Source: Coleofasciculus sp. B1-GNL1-01 (GTDB lineage: Bacteria; Cyanobacteriota; Cyanobacteriia; Cyanobacteriales; Coleofasciculaceae). Taken from it: a stretch of 33,919 nucleotides of DNA. Position 1 is the stretch's first letter, and the number at the start of each line of letters is the position of its first letter. The notes beneath the pieces were generated by a model, which was given only the letters and a program-made list of their open reading frames with translations, searched no databases and was not told where the DNA came from. Position numbers and translations under genes: made by a program. Location: the NCBI GenBank assembly GCA_040220235.1, contig JAVJTO010000018.1. One strand, written 5' to 3'. Shown in pieces: positions 9,795-18,763 of the stretch.

Positions 9795-9957
9795 ACAAAC
9801 GAGTTGAGTTTTATTGATTAAGAATTTGTGCGATCGCGGGTATGGGTAAGGGGTTACCGCTTAAGTAATTTCGATTTGATTACTCAATTGGTTTATTGCT
9901 CTATCTGGGAATTATAAACTGTCTGCGTAGCCATCGCTCTCAATTATCATAATCAAA

Positions 9958-12900
9958 TTAATTCAAATCAGTAACGGCTTTTGCAACTGATTCGGCTTGT
10001 TCAGGATAGAGTCGCGCTATTAATCCGCACATTTGATAGGCAGTTTCAACATTGTAAGCGCAGGGGATTAATAAGGGTTTAAAGTTTTCCTTGTCGCCTG
10101 TTTTGACTAGCCAGGAAGCAATTCCCGGTAGGTACAAGTTACGCTCTGTAAGTATCTTCTCTGCTGTCTTCACTGCGTCTTCTCCCTTGCCTGCCATTAC
10201 CTGTATCCCTGCAATCGTCTTGAGCGCTTTTATAAGTTTTTGTTTATCCTCTGTTATCTTGTCTTTAGTCTGAAGGGCAACAGTGAGAGTCTTCAATACT
10301 TCTTCTTGTTTTCCTTGCTCAAACTGAGCCAAGGCAATCCAAGAAAGGGCTATCAACCGATCCAAGTTGTCTTCAATATCGTCTGTAGTTTTCAGTGCAT
10401 GAGAAATTAATCCTATTTGAGCCTCTGCTCTTGCTATTTTCGAGAAATACTTATCTCGCTGATTACCGTGTATTCGTGTAAATTCACTAACTCCTAAACT
10501 TTTTGCTTTATCCTCTGGAAATTCAATTCGCTGTGCCGTATTCAAAGCTGCCGTAAATTCTTGTATCGTAACTTGTATATTAGCTATGAAATTGAAGCTA
10601 TTTACACGTTCTGCTTGAATTTTAATAGTTTTGACTATATCAGGAAAACTATCAAAAATCACTCTGGCGTCTTTCCTACTTCCTATATTAAATAGTCCCT
10701 TGGCTATTCGCGCCATGGCAATTACTTGTTTGGCTGGATTATTAATTTTTTTGGCAATCTGATGAGCAAGGCTGATGGTATTCCTTCCTGCGTCGTTCTG
10801 CTCAGTTGAAACCTGTACATCTACTACATCAGATAGTGCTAAACTTTGGAGAAATGGCGTTTCAGCTTCTTGGTGAAGAATTTGGAGAGCCTTGGCAAAA
10901 GTCACTCTTGCTGTTTTAGTTAACCTTTCTTCTGCCAGTGTATTGGCTATAGAAGCTAAAGCTTTTTCTAGTACCAGACCTTCTATTTGTTCCAGGGCTT
11001 CCAGCATAGCAGTAAAGTTTTCTGCCTTAGCGTATGTATAGGCTATGCCTAAAGAACTATGATGCTTTATTGTCGAATTATTTTTATTTTTACTATTTCT
11101 GGCTTTATTTTTGTATGTTTTCGCGTAATTCAATGTATCATTAATTAATTGATTTATATCAGCTTTTAACCTTTCTATTTGTAGAAAATACTCTTTCTGG
11201 TTTTCTTTATCTTCAATATCCCGTGGCTGCTTTTTGGCAAGAGTAACGACATTCTGTAGCATAGCACGAGCATTTTCTAAAGTATTACGTGCGGCGTCTA
11301 CATCTTCTAGTGCTTCGACTTGTGCTTCTGCTATGCTTACCATCTCATCTACCCACAATATATGGGGGGCAACTTTGTGTATAATCTCAAGAGCTTTACC
11401 AAAGGTGGAGCGTGATGCATTCCTCTGCCCTATTGCTGCTTGCGCCTTCGCTATGCCTTCTAGATGCCACACTCGATCCAACACTTGATTAATCATATCT
11501 GCCGTTTCAAGAGCATCATCAAAGTTCCCATGTTCGGTGAGAGCTTTGCATAGAATACGACGGTGATCATTCTCGAAAAGCTGCTGAATTAGAGCGGTAG
11601 TGGTATCCTTATTAATATCAAAAATATAAGCCATAATGTAGGCAGCATAATCACCTTGCCAACTAATATTCCAATTTGTTGAAAAACGCGGCAAATCCTT
11701 CTGATGCAACTGCTCTAATGTCTCTCGTGCATCATTTAATCTATTCTCATCCTTTAACTCCCAGGCTAAGAGTAGATACCAGAGGATACAGCGTTCAATC
11801 TCAAATTGATCTGCTAGGTTCCATGCCCTTTGTAGACTGCCTTTCCGCAACGCCTCCAACGGTGAATCTTGCACGGTTATTTGCTTCAGTCGCTGTGCGT
11901 GTAGCAGTATAAACTCTGCCATTCCACCCGCATCATCCTGATCAGCAGCACCTAATAAAGCAATTTGCACTGTCTTCAAAAGCAAATCTGGTTCATTGGG
12001 TAATTGTTTGTCTTGGATAGCTGCAAAGTCTGGATTCCGTGCGATCGCATACAATTCTTCCCACCGTTTTTCCTCCCGTAAATGTTCTGGATAATACCGC
12101 AAAGCGTAATGACTTTGATGTTCTTGCCAATGGCTACAATAGTCAATCAAAGTCTGTAAAGCATCCTCAGCCTCATCACCTAATTGTGCAGCAAACGTTG
12201 TTCCCAATAATGGGTGGGCAAAAGCATAAACATTGTCTGTTGTAATTCTCATCCAGCGCGTTACCTGCCAACATAAATGCATCTGCCGTAATTGGCGATC
12301 GCGCATTTTTGTCACGGCTTTAATATCCTCTTTGGTTAGTGCGCCTTTCGCTACTGCCAATAGTGCAAAAAACTGCCACCGTTCGTCTGGTAAGTCGAGT
12401 TCATCTAAACGTTTTATCTGTTGCTGCACATACTCCTCAAAAGTTTTAGGTGTCTGTGCCAATAATTCCTGCACATCCTGTCTCTGCTTTGGCGCATTAT
12501 GAAGTAATTCATCAATCAGACAGCTAAGGTAAAGTGGAAAGCCTTGAGTGATTTTATCGAGTTGATCAACTAAGCTTGTATCGTCTGCAAATCCTGCTAA
12601 TTCATCATTACCCGCTTCTCGTAACCATTGCGCGATCGCACTCTTAGACAAACGCTCAAGATGTAACGATTTGCCGTTATCCGTCCAGCCTTCCAAGTAT
12701 TTTTGCTCTTGTTTTTCCTCGGCTCTCGCTGAAGCGATTACAAATACATTTTCTGGCAAAGGATTGGGAAAAGGAGGAAGAAAAGTTTCCCCGGCTTCAT
12801 CTAAGCCATCGATTACAATAATCAAAGGCTTTTCTGTTCGTCTCCCTGCTCTTAAGCAGTTATAGACCATTTGACGTAAGTTATCTTTATTGTTAGATGA

Positions 12901-13741
12901 TAGATCATAAGCAAACTCGTTATCAGTATCAATCTGTCGGATCAGATTCCGATAAGCACTTTCGACAGAACGAGTTCTCTCATTGAAAAAATGGCAAGCA
13001 ATATCACAATCTTTGTTCCGCCATTCTTTGACCCAGTTAGCCAGCAGTGCCGTTTTACCAAAACCTGCGGGAGCTGTTACCAGGAATAAACCGCTGGAGT
13101 TTTCTTGCATGCAAAAATATGGCTAATTTATGGCGTTCTTCCTCACGCCCTACAAATAACTGGGTGTATTCGCTGATAGTTTGCTCAACTTTATCCACAA
13201 CCTCCCATTCAATCAGTCTTCTCCCTTCGCCAAAGTTTGCTTCTAAAATGGCTTCGATTCGGCAGACTTGATCAATTTGGAGGTTAGCAACGGCTTTGAG
13301 GATATCCTGGTAATCCAAAATATCTTTGTCTTTGTCAAAGGTAAACTTATTTTGAATGATTTCATCATAGCCCCTGCCTGAATAAGACTGCTGCTTTCCC
13401 GTTAGTATATAGATAATGAGCTTGTCATACTTCTCATACAACTTGTACTCAATAAACTTCCGCAGGGTCTTTTTAATCTTCTCACTGTTAGATGTTGCGG
13501 TGATTTGAAACGCTACTCTTGCCGTCTCATCTCCCAAGTCGATTCCTGGATAGTTACTTCCTTCTGTATCATTCAGATTTTGGAGATGGGTATAACCGTA
13601 TACTTCAGATAAAAGAGGAATTAGTAACGTTTCCGCTACATTATTAATATCTGTTCGTGTCATCGCTGTAGCCCCCTTGATCTGAGTGACAAAGCGAGAC
13701 ATTAATGTATTGATTCGGTTTTGCGATCGCAACAGTTCCAT
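9958..13741 (-). pseudogene. SMEK-domain + STAND/NACHT-like NTPase + TPR-like repeat protein (~1259 aa) split by a 4-bp duplication; putative anti-phage protein
   Basis: SMEK-like N-terminus (DINNVAE..NLN..NYPGIDLGD..VAFQITAT); FVGREEE followed by Walker A APAGFGKT and Walker B IVIDGLDE in the next frame; TGCATGCA at 13106-13113; deleting 4 bp gives ..LAIFLQENSSG.. Confidence 0.8.
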
Positions 13742-13810
13742 GGACTCGATTGGGCAGGCGATATTCCTCTAGTTCTAACACATAGTCCACAGCCAATCTA
13801 TTAGGTTTTC

Positions 13811-13881
13811 CGGTATATCCATGGTTTTGGCGATCTAAATTCAGTGTCATTTGGATGAACCGTAGGGGCGCACCGACGTGC
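13811..13881 (+). repeat. 71-bp direct repeat, copy 1 (copy 2 at 15027..15097)
   Basis: CGGTATATCCATGGTTTTGGCGATCTAAATT(C/T)AGTGTCATTTGGATGAACCGTAGGGGCGCACCGACGTGC, 1 mismatch. Confidence 0.95.
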
Positions 13882-13931
13882 GCCCTTTACCTAAACCGAT
13901 GTGCGCCTTTTGCCTGTACCCCTTTATACCG

Positions 13932-14411
13932 CTACTTGCTGTCTAAGTCACCGCAATCCGCATCAAATATGACCTCAAACTCAGCTCCAGGCATCCACTT
14001 ACCTAGAAATCGCTGGTGATTTTCTGCTTCCGTGCGGCTGTAGAAACGAGCAACGGTATAATGTTGAGCATTTGGTAACAGCCTAACCAGCATCCAGGGA
14101 TAATGGGTTTGATTCCAAAAGCCTAGATTCGGGATTAGGGATGACTCTGCTGTTCGACCGCCACCCCGATGCATTAGTATAGAATGAATTTGAGCTAAAA
14201 GTTGCTCTCGCGCTGGTGTTCCATCATTGGGTAGTAAACTCCACTCACAGACTGGTGCTGGTAACCACGTCAACCTGTAACACACAGAACTTTTGCTGAT
14301 GTGCCAAGACAAGCGACGTGGGTATTGATAGCAGTTGAACCCATCTGCTCGTAGAGACACAACAACTCTATCGCCTTCTGCTTGAAGGCGAAGCCATTGA
14401 GAATGTTTCAT
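13932..14411 (-). CDS. Hypothetical protein; C-terminal small cyanobacterial domain (PW.LVRLLP..VARF..R.EAE..FEVIFD)
   Basis: 159-aa ORF divergent from the XRE gene; C-terminal motif resembles a recurrent uncharacterised cyanobacterial family. Confidence 0.7.
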   Translation of the reverse strand: MKHSQWLRLQAEGDRVVVSLRADGFNCYQYPRRLSWHISKSSVCYRLTWLPAPVCEWSLLPNDGTPAREQLLAQIHSILMHRGGGRTAESSLIPNLGFWNQTHYPWMLVRLLPNAQHYTVARFYSRTEAENHQRFLGKWMPGAEFEVIFDADCGDLDSK

Positions 14412-14486
14412 TGCTATAATTTAAGTAATTATTGGTTGAGAAGGGCAATCGCTAAACTGATAAAATAGCGATTTGCCTTTTATTTG
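14412..14486 (+). ncRNA. Candidate ~60-nt sRNA antisense to the leader of the 159-aa gene (span includes its promoter)
   Basis: Extended -10 TGcTATAAT at 14412-14420, then hairpin GGCAATCGCTA/TAGCGATTTGCC and T-rich tail to 14486. Confidence 0.4.
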
Positions 14487-14747
14487 TGAAAGGTTTAAAT
14501 CCTTACGTTCCAGTAATTTCCTGAGAATTTCCTAAGCGTTACCTCCTTACTCTATTCAGATTTTAGGGACTAAATACTGAATTGTATGCCACTTAAGCGA
14601 TGAGCCGAGAGTTTTAAAACTCCCAGTATGCTTGCTGTGTGAGAAACTAGCCGTAGAGAAGCAGGGAAACTGGAAGTAAAGGGACTTCCAAAATGTTTCC
14701 CCATCATTTTTGTTCTCTGTAACCGGAACAAGTGTCCTATAAGTAGA

Positions 14748-14990
14748 ATGGTAGACGATAAAAACTCAAATAGCAACCCCGAATCGGCAACTCTCAAACA
14801 GTTACGCCAACGTCTGAGTATGACTCAGGAAGAATTAGCTCAGGAATTAGGAACAACCAGCCGAACCATCAGACGCCACGAAACAGGCGAAAGGCAAATT
14901 AGGTTTTCGCTTCCTCAAATCAAGCGATTGATTGAGCTAATGCAAAGAGCCGGAATGTCTGCTGATGATCTTCCTGATGACATGAATTAA
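14748..14990 (+). CDS. XRE/Cro-family helix-turn-helix regulator
   Basis: LKQLRQRLSMTQEELAQELGTTSRTIRRHETG. Confidence 0.92.
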   Translation: MVDDKNSNSNPESATLKQLRQRLSMTQEELAQELGTTSRTIRRHETGERQIRFSLPQIKRLIELMQRAGMSADDLPDDMN

Positions 14991-15026
14991 GGCTGGTGGA
15001 TTCTTGCGAAGTCGAAACCCACTCTA

Positions 15027-15097
15027 CGGTATATCCATGGTTTTGGCGATCTAAATTTAGTGTCATTTGGATGAACCGTAGGGGCGCACCGACGTGC
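15027..15097 (+). repeat. 71-bp direct repeat, copy 2
   Basis: Matches 13811..13881; its REP palindrome is cut at 15097. Confidence 0.95.
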
Positions 15098-15509
15098 ATT
15101 GGTGTCAACTTAAGCTGGTTTATGCCCATCAGGAGACAGAGAGCGATGGTAGAATGAGGCTTTCAGCTCTCGGTTGAAGGGTGTGAAGACTGGAGGCAAT
15201 CAAGTTGGCTCTTTGGGTTGATTGTTTACCTCTCAAATGAAAAGGTAATTATAAAGGTTTGATGTATTGGGCAAAAACAGTGAAATGAGTTTATGCCAGA
15301 TGATGTCTTGAGGTTGAAAGAAGTAAGCTGTCAGATTATGTTGGATGAAACACTACTGAATAAAAAAACTTAAAACCTTGGTGTTAAAGCATTGCAATAG
15401 GGCATCAAGCGTTATTTCAGAGTCAGATTACAATGAATTGACAATACAGTAAGCTATTGCTTATCAGTCTAACTGAAACCCATTTAACTATTCTTTTGAA
15501 ATAAACAGT

Positions 15510-15541
15510 AAAAATCCACGACTGTAACAGTCGTGGATTTT
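15510..15541. terminator. Bidirectional terminator-like hairpin downstream of the psb34-like gene
   Basis: AAAATCCACGACTG-TAA-CAGTCGTGGATTTT. Confidence 0.6.
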
Positions 15542-15701
15542 GCAACTGAGGCTCTCTTCTAGTCCTGCCGAAGCAAGGCTTTTAGTTATCCCAAATCCCA
15601 AGGGTTAGGAGGACTTAAAAAACGTTATTCGCTGGCGCTACCCGTAATAATTTTGGGATACAATCATCTTGGGTTAACGACAGGTGGATGAGGCGTGAAT
15701 G

Positions 15702-15872
15702 TTAGCTTACAGCTAGTGCTGTCAGAAGTAATACATTGACGAATAAAATAGCACACGCCCCTTGAAAAGCATAGCGACGCTGTTGTTCACTATTGGGATA
15801 TTCCGCATAATATACAGGGGGTTCGATCGCGTAGTTGTTCAGTTGTCCGTCTTGGTTGATTGTGGTGTACAT
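15702..15872 (-). CDS. psb34: Ssl1498-family / PSII assembly factor Psb34-like protein (56 aa; below the ORF-track cutoff)
   Basis: MYTTINQDGQLNNYAIEPPVYYAEYPNSEQQRRYAFQGACAILFVNVLLLTALAVS*; NNYA.EP..Y.AEYP motif, C-terminal TM helix, AGGAG SD. Confidence 0.88.
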   Translation of the reverse strand: MYTTINQDGQLNNYAIEPPVYYAEYPNSEQQRRYAFQGACAILFVNVLLLTALAVS

Positions 15873-16153
15873 CTGAATCTCTCTCCTCTGTTTTGTTTGT
15901 TCTCTCTGTTGTTTATAACTTTAACCAAGGTCTTTACAGAAACGCAATAGATATGCTATTGAATCTTGTTCTGCTTTTTATAAGGTGAGCTTATCAAAAG
16001 CTAACCGTACTATATACCTAGGCAATAATACTGACTTAACTCCATCACAGCCAGTTTTCCCCTAGAACTTCTCCATGCCATTCATCAAAAGACTGGACTT
16101 TGCGTCTGTTAAGATGGATCAGCCACAGTTAGATTCACCGTTCTACAGTAAAG

Positions 16154-17017
16154 ATGGACAACACACTGAACAGGCTTCGCTGCGTGAAACGAAATTTGGG
16201 TTACCGTGTCGAAGATGCCATGAGACACTTATCCAACAACGTGAGTCTGTCAGAAATAGTTAATCAAAAGGAAATTAGAGTAGTTGGCTTAAAACGGAGT
16301 GGAAATCATGCCATTATCAACTGGATCAGAAAACAACACCACGGTGAAGTATGGCATTTGAATAAGATTCCAGTAAAACGGAATCCATACCGTTTCTTGT
16401 ATGAACATTATCCCAAAGAAAAATTAAAGCAGGAAGCCAAAGGCAATTTCACAAAAAAAGACTGTTTAATCTATAGCTATGAAGATCATGCGCTTGAGCA
16501 AATCACTGACAAGGAGTTTGACAAAAAAAGTGAACTGTACTTGGGCAAAAGTGCAATCAAATACGATGTAATTATCTTAAGAGATCCCTTCAATATGCTG
16601 GCAAGCCGATTTAAAAAGGGATATATGTATGAAGGTAAAATGTCCGGATAGAACATTAGTTGAACTGTGGATATCATACGCTCAAGAATTCTTGGGAGAA
16701 ACGCAGTTCTTGAAAAATAATAAAATCGTGGTTAATTATAATCAGTGGTTTATTGATGTGGACTATCGCCAGCAATTAGCCAAGCAACTTAATATCAAGT
16801 TTTCTGATGCAGGTTTTAATGATGTAAAAGGGCAAGGTGGTGGGAGTTCTTTCGACGGAATTGCATTTCGGGGAAAAGCGGCTGAAATGGATATTCTTAA
16901 CCGATGGAAAGTCTTTGCTGATCAGCCACAATACCAAAAACTCATCGATAATACAGAACTTCAAGACTATTCAAAACGAATCTTTGTCATATTCCCGGAA
17001 CGGAACGCTATTTTTGA
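16154..17017 (+). pseudogene. Sulfotransferase-like P-loop protein with two frameshifts
   Basis: VVGLKRSGNHAIINW, ILRDPFNMLASR, VNYNQW, GGGSSFDG, NRWK; TATGTATG duplication at 16624-16631; likely 1-bp loss near 16986, restoring IFGHIPGTERYF* (TGA 17015-17017). Confidence 0.68.
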
Positions 17018-17639
17018 GAGATTTCCTTATGGGAGCATCTTACTTGACAGGTGTTCCAAAGTTACCTGCGTCGGAAATTTATGCAAACCCTTATCTATCA
17101 AGGGTTTAAGTGGTTTTTTATCTAGTCAGGGAGTAAAGATTAACTCAAACTTTACGAATACCTTGCCAAAGGTTAACCCTTTCACCCCGATAAAGGGAGT
17201 AAGATTGATGAAGATTTCTTGGGGGTGGATTATGAATAGATTTCCTGGCTACTCGCATCAATTACAACGGCACATTCGCAATCATACCCTTCATTGGGTT
17301 TCGCCAAAATCCGGTCAAACGCAAAACGGCAATAATCAACTCCCCAACTTGAACGTTTCCCCAGAAATCTCAAAATCGCTTGGGTAGGGGAGATAAGAGA
17401 AATAGGGGCGGTTTAGGTCACAGTTGGGTGGAATGATCATAGTGGAACCATCGGTTGGGGGAAATTTAGTAACATCTGGGTTAAAAAGAAATGATAGTAG
17501 TGAAACTTGCCCCTAGATATCGGTCAGGGCGGGTTTTGAATAAACGTTATCACCAATAGCTTGCACAAAATTCCCTAAACCCACCCCGACAAACCCGGTT
17601 TCACTCTTCAGCGCGTTAGCTCAAAACATCTGTAACTAT

Positions 17640-18506
17640 TCAACCCAATGTCTGGGTAATCCCCAAATATAGAGAAGAGTAATCGTCATCCGTTAACCCA
17701 GCGTCTTTTGCCTTCTCAACCACCTGGCGCACACCTGCTAAACTACTCGCCTCTAACCCTTCTGCTTTTGCCTCACTAAGGAATAAATTAATATCTTTAA
17801 GTAAATGTTTTAGGGGAAAGTTGGGATCAGCAAAATTACTCTCTTGCATCCGATTTAACTTCTTATCAAATGTGGGTGCATACAGCGCACTGTCTCGCAG
17901 CAATTCCATAAATTTGTCTACATCTACCCCCTGACGCTGCACAAATCCCAAACTAAGGGCAAACCCGGCAGTTAAGGCGGCAATTAATTGATTTAAGGCT
18001 AACTTTGTGGCGGCGGCAGTTCCCACGGGACCCATTAATAGGGGTTGTCCAAAATTTTTCAGTAACTCTTGCCATTGTTGAAACTGATCTTCAGACGCCC
18101 CTACCATGACTTGTAGCTTGCCATCTTTGACTTGCGGAATACTCCCCAGTACAGGTGCTTCTAGATACTCACCGCCGACGGCTATGATTTGATTTTGAAT
18201 ATCTTGACTTTCTCTAGGGGAAATAGTCCCCATTTGAATTACGGTTGATCCTTTTAGGACCTCTTGGCAACGGTTTGATAGTGCCACCTGTCGAATCGCA
18301 TCAGCATCCGCCAACATTAAAATAACGCAATCGGCAGCCGCGATCGCATCCGCCGCAGAATCAGTCGTTTCAGCACCTGCATTTCTTAGAGGTTCTAGCT
18401 TAGAGGCGGTGCGATTGTACGCCACGACGGGTATTTCCGCATCCAGTAACCGTTGCGCCATGGGTTGTCCCATTAATCCTGTACCGAGAAATCCTACCTT
18501 AACCAT
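17640..18506 (-). CDS. NAD(P)-dependent oxidoreductase, 3-hydroxyisobutyrate dehydrogenase/glyoxylate reductase family
   Basis: VGFLGTGLMGQPMA, YNRT, EAPVLGS, KLALN, NFPLKHLLKD. Confidence 0.92.
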   Translation of the reverse strand: MVKVGFLGTGLMGQPMAQRLLDAEIPVVAYNRTASKLEPLRNAGAETTDSAADAIAAADCVILMLADADAIRQVALSNRCQEVLKGSTVIQMGTISPRESQDIQNQIIAVGGEYLEAPVLGSIPQVKDGKLQVMVGASEDQFQQWQELLKNFGQPLLMGPVGTAAATKLALNQLIAALTAGFALSLGFVQRQGVDVDKFMELLRDSALYAPTFDKKLNRMQESNFADPNFPLKHLLKDINLFLSEAKAEGLEASSLAGVRQVVEKAKDAGLTDDDYSSLYLGITQTLG

Positions 18507-18763
18507 GCACTTGTCTTTAGATTGACGACATCAAAATACTCCCCTGCAATCTTGCACCCATTTCTTAATTCTGACACCTATCTGTTGAGAGATTTCTCTA
18601 TTTCTGAATGACAGATCGAAGGGTAGGAGGCAGAAGGTAAAAATTATATCGTATTGTCGAGGCGGGTTTAGCCATTGACTTGACGGGTATACCGATAACT
18701 TATCAACAAAACCCGCCCTCTTGTCGTTTAGATTTAAGACATAAGACATAAGACTAATAACAA

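Noticed and set aside
9129..15337. 14-bp direct repeat TAAGCTGTCAGATT at 9129-9142 and 15324-15337 as island att sites
   Set aside because: A 14-bp match is roughly expected by chance in a 34-kb window; no integrase or tRNA nearby
17018..17387. C-terminal extension of track ORF 16629..17387
   Set aside because: Probably read-through after a frameshift near 16986 into repeat-like or foreign DNA; composition is not protein-like
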